A DNA stretch of 64,000 nt. It comes from Camelus dromedarius (lineage: Eukaryota). The DNA lies in contig NC_087437.1 in assembly GCF_036321535.1 (NCBI RefSeq), positions 11,348,001-11,412,000 of the forward strand. The letters run 5' to 3'. Below, piece by piece: positions 1 through 11,939 of this stretch. Under the pieces are notes generated by a model. The model made no database searches. It saw nothing but the letters and a program-made list of their open reading frames with translations, and was not told the origin of the DNA. Each line of letters begins with the position of its first letter. The first letter of the stretch is position 1. The translations under genes were made by a program, and so were the position numbers.

Positions 1-129
1 TAAGGAAGAACTGATTTGTGTCCTCGCTGCCCAGCATGAAAGTTTAAAAGGCCACCTAATAATTTAAAACTGACAACAGAACAATTTCATTTTGAGTTCA
101 TGATATGTGAGGTGAGCCTTATAGAAGGC

Positions 130-290
130 CTACTGTGTGCCAGATGTGGTGCACACAGTGTTTTATTTATTCATTAGAACAACACCATGAAGGAGAGGCT
201 GTTATTTGCCTCATTTTGTGGATGAGGAAACTTTTGGCAGAGAGAGCAAAATATTGCCCAAAGCTATAAATAGTAAATGGGGAGCTCTTC
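130..290 (-). mobile_element. MIR SINE fragment (ancient)
   Basis: Core-like text 'cctcattttgtggatgaggaaactt...ttgcccaaagct' resembles the reverse complement of the MIR core. Confidence 0.7.
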
Positions 291-1173
291 TCATACCCCC
301 TTGGTCACATTCTACAGGTGCGGTGATGGTAGCCCAGAGAAGAAAAACATTTGCCCACAGTCACAAAGCTAGTTCAAGGGCAGTGCTGTGTCTGGCATCT
401 TCCTCAAGATGGACCACGCTGGCTTACTGGCAAGTGGGAAATCCTGTGGAATAACAGTGGACCATTGCTTAGCATAAACATCGCTTTGAGAGGGGCTCAT
501 TTATTTCCTCAGGAAGTATGGCTTCAGGAAGCAAAATCTCTCTTCAAAAAAGGATAGAATCAAATCCCGTATTTCTTTGGAAATGTAGGAAGGACATCAT
601 GTCCAAATGAACAGACTCATCTGATTCTGACCACAGAACCACAGATGCTTGAGATACAAACATTCCCAGCTTTATGAAAGTCTGGCCTGAGATATTTTCT
701 GATCAAACAGTAACCAAAAGAAGAACAAACATTGTGCTGTTAGCAATTATCCCAGCTGTCTGGTATATGTCCACAGACGACAGCTTCTGCAGGAGGAGTC
801 GAGCTACCAAAATGGTGGTGCCAAAGCAACCTCCAACCAAATAGGGCTGTTGGATTTGTGTGGGACAATGTGGCAAGTGACATGGAAGGTGTCAAAAAAC
901 GATCCACATGTGCTCCCCTAGCCGATGGATGGCTTTCTCCCTGGGGTTTCTCTGCCTACAGCTGCCTCAATTCTCGGAGTCCATTTGCCTGGAAAGATGA
1001 GAAAAGGCACAGTGGAGGAAGGAAACTGCCAGAGGGAGGAAGATGCTCTGAAGAAAAGCCCCATTCTGCACGTTACCTCCATAGGAGGGTTACTCAGTGG
1101 GTCCGTATACTGACCCCAGACAGACAGAGAGACCGAAGTTACCTCGAGCACCTACAGGGCTGCCCCTAGGCTG

Positions 1174-1330
1174 GCAGTCCTCATCCAGGCTTTTTGCCTC
1201 CCTGGAGACAGTTGGCAATGTTTAGAGACAGGCCAGGGACACCGCTAAACATGTCACAATGCCCAGGCTGGCTCCACAACAACTAGTTATCCACACCCTA
1301 ATGTCAATTGAGCAGAGGTTGAGAAACGTG
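1174..1330 (+). mobile_element. MER20-like hAT-Charlie DNA transposon, internally deleted
   Basis: 'ttggcaatgtttagagaca..ggccagggacaccgctaaacat..aatgtcaattgagcagaggttgagaaac' follows the recalled MER20 consensus. Confidence 0.75.
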
Positions 1331-3442
1331 CCTGCAAAACTGTGAGGTGAGTGAGATGCATGGCCTCTGATTCAAAGTGCTCTTCCTCTGACTCCGGACA
1401 CTGCAGTTCCTCCTCTAGGCCTCCTCCCATCTCCTCCCCGCCAGGAGGAAAAGCCTGATTGAATTAATACACACCAAGGTATGAATGACTGATGGATCCT
1501 GCACTAGCAAGAACGCCTGTATTTTAAGTGACTCGCTAATTTAATCTAACCTCGACTCCAATCCATGACATTTTAGCGAGGATGCCGTAACAACACAGAC
1601 CCTTAATTTCAGTAGATGAGGAAGATGGTGAAATCTGCAAAGCATGGCTCACCTTTTTAAGTCACAATCTATAGAAACAAATCAGTGATGTGTTCCTATT
1701 GGGATACAATCATGACTACTTTGTTTTATTACAAGCAGTTATGTGCACTTGGTATTGATCACAGTTGCTTTCCAGCCAGGGAAGAAACACTGGAAAAAAT
1801 TTCCTGTGCCCCAAACAAAGCTTATTTACTTTCTCTTCATTTCTAATATTGACTTGTGGATTTGATACCATGGGTCCATCCGTTAGGTATTTGAACCGTC
1901 CTTGTTTCCGTAAGTCCCAGGCTGTCTTCTCCTCCCTGGACTGCTGCGGACCTGTATCTGGATGACGTGCTGCGTAGGCTTTTATTTAAAGCAAATGAAG
2001 CAGACACAGCGTGAGCAAAATCATCAGAAGTGAACATGAGCTTCAGAGTCATTTCTTCTCAATTTAAGGTTTAGAAATGGAAGGCTTTGCAACTCCTTAT
2101 GCCAGTGTGTGACGGTGCCAAGTTGAAGTACTCCTCCCGTGGCAAAGCCACACTGGTGTGACTTCCCAGGTCACTTTTCTTTGCTCTCCAGATTCCTTGT
2201 CCTCCTGACCAGCAGCTAGGGACATGTATGGTCGATTGATGTGCACCAATATTCCATGCCGAATTTCAGAGGCAATTAACTAGCTCAATTGATCCTCATC
2301 TTACGGGCTCTAAATGGTAAAATTCAGAGAATAATTGGGGCTAAAAGGGACCTCAGGGCTCACGCCAGTTCAAACACATCATGGATAGAAAAGGAAATTG
2401 GAGTCCGAGAAGGTGGCCTGGTTCCATCAAGGCCACTTTGATTGGTTACAAGCAAAACCAAGCTTGACCACCCACAAGTGTGCTGACTCCTAACACAAAG
2501 TTCCACCAGGAGCCTCCCACGTGGCACAGGGAGAGTAGAGAAGTCTGGGGTGAAACCGGGGGAAGGCAGGTAGCCCTCACCCAGATGGAACAACCTCCTT
2601 GCTCCCAGAACCTGCAGGCCCTGTCTTCCATATCTCTCATCTGGCCTCAGGACTAAGGCAGCTGCTGATCGTTAAGGATGAACTAATACTGGGCTGAAGC
2701 ATTCAGATGGTTCCTTGTGCCAAGATAATCAGCAGAATTTCTAAGCTAGTACCCCCCTGGGGACTGACAAATGATGGTATTCTATGGAGGTGGGGGGTGG
2801 GCAACTCTGGCAACATGGTGTGACGTCAACCATGGGCTTGGAGGACAGCGTGAAAGGCCACAAGGGTGCCAAGCAGACCTGACCCCTAAACAGAAAGAGG
2901 TCCCCCAAAAGAGAGGGCGACAGGGATGATTGGGAAGTATGGTGAAGTGATCATTGGACGGACAGCCTGTTCCAGGCCCAGGAACCCCATACTCTGGCCA
3001 ATTTAATTCTTGCCCTCTTGGCCAGTGCATGTGGCCTTTCTTCAACTAATTTGCATCTCATGGGAAATTCTTGTGATGGGTTAAGGCTTGACAGGGTCAG
3101 GAAAAACAGCATATTCTTAGTCTTGGCAATGTGGAATCTTGAGCATGCCTCTATTAATGAAACATGCTGTGGACCCTGTGGTTTGAAAGGAGAGAACATT
3201 TACCATGGCTACAACTGCCCTGCCTGAAAGCAGAGATTAGGCTCATCACAGGTCTGGTCAATATTTCCTGAGTGCTTGCAAGAGAAGGGACTGGGTAAGA
3301 AATCTTTGTCTGGAAAGGAGAGAATAGTTGGATGTATTATGCCAGGGAGGCCAGCAGTGAAAAGATTCTAGAAGTTTTAGTAATAGATTTTCAGTGATGT
3401 TTTCTTTCATAAACATCCTAAAAGGATATTTAAAATGAGTGG

Positions 3443-4018
3443 AATAGCCAAGACATGGAAACAACTTAAATGTCCATCAACAGATGACTGGATAAAGAAG
3501 CTGTGGTATACTTCTACAATGGAATACTACTCAGCCATAAAAAAGAATAAAGTAATGCCATTTGCAGCAACATGGATGGACCTGGAGAATGTCATTCTAA
3601 GTGAAGTAAGCCAGAAAAAGAAAGAAAAATACCATATCACTTGTATGTGGAATCTAAAAAAAAAAAAAAAAAAAAAAGACAAATGAACTTATTTACAAAA
3701 CAGAAACCGACTCACAGTCATAGAAAACAAATTTATGGTTACCAGTTGGGGAAGAGGGTGGGAAGGGATAAATTGGAAGTTTGAGATTTGCAGATACTAA
3801 CTACTATATATAAAATAGATAAACAACACGTTCATACTCTATAGCACAGGGAAATATATTTAATATCTCGTAGTAACCTATAATGAAAAAGAAAATGAAA
3901 ATAAATATATGTATGTTCATGTATGACTGAAGCATTGTGCTGTACACCAGAAATTGACACAACATTGTAAACTGACTATGTTTCAATTACACACACACAC
4001 ACACGCACACACACACAC
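3443..4018 (+). mobile_element. Young 5'-truncated L1 (ORF2 C-terminus plus 3'UTR) with (CA)n tail
   Basis: The ORF reads KCPSTDDWIKKLWY..MEYYSAIKKN..FAATWMDLE. TSD taaaatga(g/a)tgg at 3431-3442 and 4019-4030. Confidence 0.95.
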
Positions 4019-4289
4019 TAAAATGAATGGGCAAATCTCAAGGATCAGGCCTGGAAAGTGGGCCTGGAAGACCCGTTTCTGAGTCCCACCCATGACTCTT
4101 TACTTCTTAGACTGCTGAACGGGTTGTTCAGGAAAGCTGGATGGCGTTTGGTCATGGGGTATATCAGATGTGCTTGAGCGAGATAACAAGACAGCTGCAT
4201 TTGTCCCCTCACACTTTCCTGGCAGGGGTTGGGGCATTGGGCCTGGAGACATTGAGGTGGTGATGGTGATGATAATGGAGTGTATTGTT

Positions 4290-4480
4290 TACTACTTGAG
4301 CTCGCAATGGTCCAGCCATGGTGCTAAGCACGTTATTTCTTTTGACCCTTACATTAGTATTGAGACAAATAATGGTCATCCCCATTTCACAGATGAAGAA
4401 ACTGAGAATTAAGAAAGGGCAAGCAACTTGCCCAAGGTCACAGCTGAAGAGGTGGAGCCACACTGGATCCCAAGGGGATG
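4290..4480 (-). mobile_element. MIR SINE
   Basis: 'cccatttcacagatgaagaaactgaga...aacttgcccaaggtcacagct' is the MIR core. Confidence 0.85.
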
Positions 4481-5524
4481 TGACCACAGGACTGTGCCCT
4501 TGGCCCCTCAGCGGCATTGTAAGGGGTGAGCAGTGCAGATATGGTTTGAGGCATTAGAAATGGTTGGCACAGAGCTAGCGGGAGTAAGAGGGTATAGACT
4601 TTCCTGGTTTGGAGACATATCATCCTCATATTTTGGCTGCCCCTCTCCCCTCCATCCTTGTCCACATTTAAAAGAATAAGATAAAAGTGAAAAAAGAGAA
4701 ATTAAACAGAGCTTCATGGAAAGAATGAAGCAAGAGAGTGAAAGCCAGGCAGGTTTTCAAACAAACCAATCTAAAGTTCCCCTTGTCTTTTTTAGAAATT
4801 ATCCACAGCAGTAAAACAAAAGCTGGGAGACGAGGAGTCAGGGAGGACCGGCGGTGAGGGCTCCTCCACGTGGGATCTCAGGGGAGAGTCTCAGCCAGAA
4901 GACCAGGCCTCCATGGGGCTGGGATGCAAAACCCCAAACTTTCCCTCTCTTGGGTGCCTGGCATGCTCTTCCTGACCCATCCACAAGAGGGACGGGCCCC
5001 TGCAGCCTCACTGCCCTCAGGGACCCACTTGGCAGCTCTGAAGACCCTCCTTCTCTGATCTGTAAAGGATGCTTTGTGATGTAAAGGCCACCTCTGTTGT
5101 TTCTGTTTACTCTTGTTGGAACTGAAACAGGATTTGTAAATAGCTCAAATTGTAATGTTTAAGCCCTTGCACCTTCAACACACCTCATGGAATCCTCACT
5201 CCATTAATTCCATTCCAAACAACAGGAACTATATTTCAATAATAATAATAAAAAAAACCCAAGACAAATGAAAACAAAAAGAAAACCAAAAAGCATCTGT
5301 GTTGTGCACTGCTGCGTAGCCAAAAATACGTTCCTTTAGGTTCATGGCCTTAGTTTTTCCACCTGTAATTTCAGGGTGTTGGATTAGCTGGCCTTTAAGA
5401 TTCCTTCTAATTCTAAAGCTCTTGTAAGTCTTCTTAGATGTTCAAAAAATACGCATTGGTGTGTCCAACACTGACTTCTGGACACTGTGAGCTCCTCATA
5501 GGTAAGAACTCTTTCTTTGTTATG

Positions 5525-6070
5525 TTTATGTGCTAGAATCCAATCTCTTAGATGCTCTAATGTAAAATTTAATTAGAATTTTCTGTTGGGAAAAGCTCAG
5601 AGAATTTACTAATGTTCTGATTTATGCCAATGATTTCTTGATCGAATTTGGAGCACGGTATCAAATGATTGAAATTCTCATGAATATTTCCATTATGCAT
5701 TACTGAGTATGATCGGCTATTTTATATTCATTTACATAGACTTAATCTTTGAAGAATGATTTTTGTAATAATACTGAAAGGCTTTTTTGATTGAAGGTAG
5801 TGCCAGCAGTAATTGGTATTCTGATGGCTTCATTTATAGTTCTATTTCGCTGAATAATACAGGAGCATAATTCCTACTTAGAGGTGAGAAAATTGGAGTA
5901 GAGAATATTCAGAATTTTCTCATTCAAAAGGTTCATAAAAGGAGTATTGGGCGAACTATGAGCAATTAAAAAAGTTTGAAAAGGCCCAGGGGAAATTATA
6001 CAATGATACGAGGCAGCCTACGCCACTTTCGTGAAAAATCTTATGCCTTCTGGTTTTTGAAAAATAAGAT
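5525..6070 (+). mobile_element. Highly decayed non-LTR retrotransposon RT fragment (RTE/RTE-X(L4)-like)
   Basis: Manual translation gives VLESNLLDALM*NLIR...NVLIYANDFLI (YADD-like motif at 5623-5634)...T*T*SL (KTK-like). After a frameshift it reads LIEG..DGFIYSSISL and later YAFWFLKNK, in the motif order of a LINE RT. Confidence 0.55.
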
Positions 6071-6148
6071 TCTTTTCTGTGTATCTGTGTAGTGTGGGAA
6101 CATTGGTCACGCCATCCTGCTTCTTAGAAGTACCAGATTATATGTGTT

Positions 6149-6220
6149 GTACTGGGGACTGAACCCAGGACTTCACGCAGGCTAAGCATGCGCTCTACCA
6201 CTGAGCTATACCCTCCTCCC
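6149..6220 (-). mobile_element. Camelid tRNA-Ala-derived SINE, head only
   Basis: The reverse complement reads GGGTATAGCTCAGTGGTAGAGCGCATGCTTAGCCTGCGTGAAGTCCTGGGTTCAGTCCCCAGTAC. The family tail is missing. Confidence 0.9.
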
Positions 6221-7677
6221 TAACTTTAAAAACACTTCTCTTTATTAGTAGCTACAGGGGGCTGTGTATCTCCTCCCGTTTTCTGCTATCACTCCCCGCC
6301 TCCTGTGATTACATCATGCTCCATCCTACCTCCTGGGGGGGGTGTGGAACCTCCAGGAAGATGCTGTGTGGTGTGAGCCCTTCACCCTGCCTGGCATAGG
6401 AACTTCTGCCTATTGAAAATGAAGTAGTAGTAATGCCAGCAAATGTTGTACGATGCTTATTTTATCAGAGGTTGCAGAAGGGAAGAGGCTGTCTTAAATA
6501 TGACCTATTTCCTTTTGCCTGAATTATTTGGTTCATATGTTATATTTAGAGTACTACTTCATTAAAAACATCTTTCCATAAAATAATAAAGAAAAACAAA
6601 GGTACTTCTTGTCTCTCACTTTTTAGAAAAAGAAGGGCCTTACACAGTACAGAAAATTCTTTCAGGAAATCCTTAATAGGATGTGGAATTTGAATGTGAC
6701 ACGGAAGAGAAGGCATGAATTATGGGAACGCGCTGAGCAAAGCTGTGAGAATGTGACCTCACCTGCAAAACAGACTTTCAAAAACCTACAAACACTCATT
6801 TACATCTGTTTTTTTTTTCTCCATTATGGTTCAGTAATTCTATGGGCCATTTCTCACCGTTAAATTGACATCAGTGAGGGCCCGCCCTGGGCCAGGTACT
6901 CTCAGAGGAGGGCTGGTCCAGGTTGAGCCCCAGGGCGCCCCACCCTGCGTTAAAGGATTTACATACAGCCTCCACCCTCGCCGGGTCCTTTGGGAAGAGT
7001 TCAGTGTTGTCAGCACTGGGAGTTTTAAAAGCTTCCCAAATGGTCCAGACTGGGCACCATAATGCCCTGGGGACTGCTGACCAGAGAGTTACAGTCTTTT
7101 GTGCCTCAAATGGTAGTCACTTAATTTATATATAAAAAAATACCTCCGGGGTAAGGGGAGCATCCTCCCATCACCAAAAGCTCCATTCAACTGAAGCTAT
7201 TCACTAAAGAGGCGTGGGATGGCCTTCTAAGCTCAGTGTCTAATGCAATCATTTGCAAAACTTGCAGGACAGAGAAACAAATTTCCTCATGACCGCTCAT
7301 TCCTTCCACCAAAAACGCTGCCCTTGGAGCACATTCCTGAAGGACTCTGTGATAGTTCGATCTGGAGAGGCTCCTACGCTCACGGGCCTTTGCGGCGAAT
7401 GCAATGCTGCAGCCCACCAGCCAGATGCCTGACTGCAGGCACGGAAGGCTCGTCATCCCCAGGGGAAAGTGACGACACACACCAGGTCGTCAAGGAGAGC
7501 AGAGCGTCACTAGTTACATCTGTTCGTCTCAGACGGCTGGTAGGTTCGATGTCTTTTCTAGGCGCTCAGATGAAATGTCAGAATGTTAGAATGAGAGTTA
7601 GAAAACAAATATTTCCTCAAACATATCCAATATGGGAAAAAAAGAAAAAAGCCAGAACACCAACAAACCCTCTAGAT

Positions 7678-8390
7678 CAGTGGTTTTCAAGCTTCTGTGT
7701 GTATCAGAATCACCTGGAGAGCTAGCAAGGCTCCCAGAGCCCCAGCTTCTTAGCATTAGGTACGACTGTAAAATAGAGCTTCTTTTGCCTTTTTTGTAAC
7801 CAAAAGTCTTGCTAATTCTGATATTCATTCCCCAAGTTTGAGAACAACTAGTTCTTTTTCCTTTTGGTCGGGGAGGTAACCAGTTTCTTTTTTTTTTTTT
7901 TAAATGGAGGTCCTAGGGATTGAACCCAGGACCTCCTGCATGCTAAGCATATGCTCTACCACTGAGCTACAGCCTGCCTACGAAGAACAGCTGCTCTTTT
8001 CTCAATACTTAGATGCACACTAGGATCACTTGAGGCGTTAAAAACAAAAACAAAGATGCTAGAGGCTCTGAGACCATCTCAGCTGGAACCTCTCGGGTGG
8101 GAGTCTATGGACTCTTGAGGGGTTCTACTGTCGCACCTAATGACAAGTACCGGGGCCCTGGTGTTTTTAAATCAGTCCCGAGGTGACTGTACTGGGCAGC
8201 CTAGAACCACTGTGTCCGGACCATGGTTCTCAGACTGGGTTATCCTTCAGAATCACCTGGACAGTTTTAAAAGAACAGTGAAACTTGGCTCCACACCTGG
8301 AGATTCTGATTTAACTGGTCTGGGGTGACACGGGCATCAGGGTTTTAAAAAGCTCCTGGGGCGATTATAATGTGCAGGCAGATCTGGGCA
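7678..8390. mobile_element. Cluster of MER5A/MER5B-like hAT-Charlie elements, interrupted by a SINE
   Basis: Repeated MER5 hallmarks: 'cagtggttttcaa..atcagaatcacctggag', 'aagtttgagaac', 'tggttctcagact..cagaatcacctgga..gattctgatttaactggtctggggtg..ttttaaaaagctcc'. Confidence 0.75.
7862..7978 (-). mobile_element. Camelid tRNA-Ala-derived SINE
   Basis: tRNA head plus tail, with degenerate TSD agaaca(actagt/gctgc)tcttttt on both sides. Confidence 0.92.
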
Positions 8391-8638
8391 GAACAAGGCT
8401 GGGTCCTCCACCAGAGATGGGGCTCGGCTCTGATAAGCTGAGGGAAGACTGCTTCATCCACCTCCCTTGGGGACTCAGCATATACAATAGCATGATAAAG
8501 GCTAAGAGCTTCAGTTAAGAATGAGGAAATGAGACGTGATCACTATTTAAAGTCATTTAACCCGCGGCTTTGGGAACGGAGAGTCCAAACACTCAGCTGT
8601 TGGCTGCAGGGCCCTCGGGCAGGTCACTTCATGCTCAC

Positions 8639-8753
8639 CTTCGCCGCTGGCATGTACAACGTGAGGATGGGAGAGAAAGGCTCCCGGCTCAGCATCAGCA
8701 CCTGCGTGGGCTGCACCTGCCCTCTGGGGAACTGAACGCCCACACCAGCCTCC
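8639..8753 (-). CDS. Candidate internal exon (EAGVGVQFPRGQVQPTQVLMLSREPFSPILTLYMPAAK), unknown protein
   Basis: cag acceptor, AAG|GTGAGC donor and an open frame with GC-rich third positions. The + frame that shares third positions is also open, so strand and coding status are uncertain. Confidence 0.2.
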
Positions 8754-10223
8754 CTGCCAGCGTGGGAAAGTCCAGAGCGAGAACATCAAGATGGCCAAGA
8801 CTTTAAAGTCAAGAGGGACAAAGCCCAAGCCTGGGACTGTCAGCTGGTGGGGGGGTGGGCGGTGAGGGTGGCACAGGAAAGTATCTCTTGGCTCATTGCA
8901 AACAAAAGAACATCACATATTCATTAGGGACTAGATTATTTTTGGGAAGAATTACGTTCATTTCCTTTGAAGGACCTTGGGAAAATGGAGAGGAAGGTGC
9001 GTCCTGACATAACAGAACCTGTCAGGTTATGGTTGATATTGGTGACTGTCAGCAGAAGTTCAGTAGAGAGTTGAGGGCAAGTCTCGGTTCCAGCAGGCTC
9101 GAAGGAGTAGAGCTGAGTTTATGAGAACGGTGGGTACTGAGGGGTGAGGATGATGGTGATGGCAGTGATGGTGGCGACAATGGAGGAGGGGGTGTGGGGA
9201 CAATGGGGCCAGGTGTGAGGGTCTAGGAGAAGCCTAATATTGTAAAGGGGGCTTCTGGGAGGTACACAAGGGTTGTTGATAAGGAAATACATTTTTTCCC
9301 TCACTCTTGTGTTCCCATCTTCCACTCCACAAAGCCCTGTTTTATTGACATGTCAACTTCCCGACCACCTGGCTACAGCTCAAACTTGGAAAGTGATATT
9401 TGGTCTAGAAGCAATTGTGTTAGAGACCCCAGGAGTTTTGAGGGAAGAGTTTGACTAATCTGGCTGAAGTTGGTGAGATCTCATGAATTTGGTCTCTTTC
9501 AGAAAGTCCTTGACTTTTCAGTAGGAAGTTTCTCTTCCAGGAGGAGTTCAGGAAGCTAAAGAGGTGAGGACAGGGTGGGAGAAGGACAGAGACAGTCAGA
9601 GTCCAGGAGGCAGCTCCCTTATGCAGACTATGTGGCAAGGTCTGGCATCCTTTACCCATTCGTGTTATGTAAAGGGTCATCGTTCCTTCCGTTTTCTGAG
9701 GAAAAATAAATATTTGCTTTTGTGCTAAAGAAAAGGGTGATGTGCTAGTTGCAGAGGAATTCTCTGTTTTTGTGGTTTTCTTGATTTCTCCCTGTTATGA
9801 CGGAAACTGGAGGAAATCCTGAACTGAGGGGCTGGTCATTTCTCTTCCCCAGACTGGACACCACGCAGGGACTTTCCCCCTTCCAGCCATTTGTGTGTGA
9901 TTGGGGGGGGGGGATGTAATGGTAAGCATTTATGGTTTTCCTTTCCCTTACTTTCTAAAGTGAGTTCCTTAGAAAGGAGATCTGTCTATTTTGCTGAGTG
10001 GGGTCTTAAAAGGGGATGCAAATGAGAGAGGTAGAGCCGGGGGCCACCATCTCCAAGGGGCATGAGCAGGTGGAGTAGGGGTGGGAGGAGGGAGCAGAAG
10101 AGGGGGGATTCTGACTGGAGGGGGGAGGGTCTGCAGAGAGAGGAGAGGACCTGAGGTTTCAGCAGTTACCTGAGTAGTGATGAGGAGAGATGTCTGAGGA
10201 GGAATTTAAAGATTATCTGTGTG

Positions 10224-11096
10224 TTTTCTATGTCCATGAATCTATTTTTGGTTTGTAAATAAGATTTGTATCTTTTTTTAAGATTCCACATATAACTGAT
10301 ATCATATGATATTTGTCTTTCTGTGTCTGAATTACTTCACTTAGTATGATCATCGGTAGGAAGATCCATGTTGCTGCAAATGGCATTATTTCATTATTTT
10401 TATGGGTGAGTAATATTCCATTGTATATAAATACCACATCTTCTTTATCCAGTCATTTGTCAATGGACATTTAGGTTGTTTCCATGTCTTTTTGAATTAG
10501 AGTTTTCTCCAGATGTATGCCCAAGAGTGGGATTGCTGGATCATATGGTAAGTCTACTTTTAGTTTTTAAAGGAACCTTCATATCCATAGTGGCTGCACC
10601 AATTTTACATTCTCACCAACAGTGTAGGAGGGTTCTTTTTTCTCCACACCCTCTCCAGCATTTATTATTTGTAGACTTAATATGGCCATTCTGACTGGTG
10701 TAAGCTGATACCTCATTGTAGTTTTGATTTGTGTTTCTCTAATAATCAGCAATATTAAGCATTTTTTCATGTGCCTGTTGGCCACCTGGATGTCTTCTTT
10801 GGAGAAATGGAGATTCACGGACATAGAAACCAAACTACGATTCCCAAAGGGAAAAGGGCAGGGGAGAGATCAATCAGGAGTTTGGGATTAACAGATACAC
10901 ACATTATTATATATAAAAGAGGTAAACAACAAGGACCTACTGCCTAACACAGGGAACTGTATTCAATTTTTTGTGGAAATGGAAAAGAATCTGAAAAAAA
11001 AAGTATATATACATATAACTGAATTGCTTTGCTGTACACCTGAAACTAACATTGTAAATCAACTACATGTCAGTAAAAAACAAAAACAAAAACAAA
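10224..11096. mobile_element. L1 insertion with 5' inversion (minus 10224-10810, plus 10811-11096)
   Basis: A 16-bp TSD aaagatt(a/c)tctgtgtg at 10208-10223 and 11097-11112 brackets both segments. An A-rich tail lies at the right end. Confidence 0.92.
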
Positions 11097-11939
11097 AAAG
11101 ATTCTCTGTGTGATTTGTATGCCTCCCTCTTGCCCTCAGGGCATTTTGGGGGAGACTGGTGTTTCTTTTCTAGCTTACCTGCAGTGAGATTTTTGTTTCT
11201 TTTTGAAATGCTGAGGAGGAGGCAAAGGGGCCACATTGCTTTGTGTGGTTAAACACCCAAGAAATGAAGGCAAAGTTCCCTTTTGTAATTGGCTCCACCA
11301 ATGGTAGAGCTAGCTATTTGGGCAAGCTGGTATTTTTCTTCCTCCAAAACTATTTGTGGCAACATTGTTATGTATAAAGAGGGCTCTGTGGAATCCGAAG
11401 CCACATCTTATTTTTGGCCACAACTGGGGAAACAGGAACCGGGAATAACGTGAAATAAGCCTCCAGATGTCCTTTCAGAGTAATGATGCTACAAGTGTGC
11501 AAAGTGACGCCGAGCTCCTGGTTCCTGGAGCAACGTGGGGAAGGAAGCAGAAGTGCATCTGGCTTCTGGGGCACGTCCCTTGCCAGGGTGGCCCATCCAC
11601 AGACCTGGGTGTGGCTGTCCTGCCTTTCTCAGGAGGCACAGGAGGACGGCCAGCCCTGTGGGGCTTCCCTCGTTGCCCTCTAAGGGAGCGTGGTTGGTGC
11701 ATAAAGGGTGTATGTTGAGACAACCTTTGACCTTCACCAGTCACCCCTGTGTCTAAGTATAAAAGAAAACAAAGATGTGTTGGAATAGAAATACTAGCTG
11801 ATCCCTGGGACCTGCAGAGCCCTGTCCCCCAGTGTCACCAGAAGACATTTCTCAGCTTGGAAACAAAGACAGGAATCATAAAACGACACCCAGTAGAGCT
11901 CACTACACCGACACTAAACATTTCTGTATGTCAGAAATG

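Noticed and set aside
1830..1978. Minus-strand exon candidate (YAARHPDTGPQQSREEKTAWDLRKQGRFKYLTDGPMVSNPQVNIRNEEK)
   Set aside because: Weak acceptor (aaataaaag) and weak donor (AAA|GTAAAT), with no recognised protein.
5525..6070. NUMT or endogenous viral gene
   Set aside because: TAA/TAG stops persist under the mitochondrial code, and the motif order fits a LINE RT better.
6149..6220. tRNA-Ala(AGC) gene (and the eight similar copies)
   Set aside because: Mutated stems, and the shared non-tRNA tail and TSDs in the other copies, show these are SINEs rather than functional tRNAs.
7243..7725. 160-aa + strand ORF (also 13398-13898 and 22337-22819)
   Set aside because: No recognisable domain. 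The first two run into MER5 or L1 remnants, and the lengths are compatible with chance.
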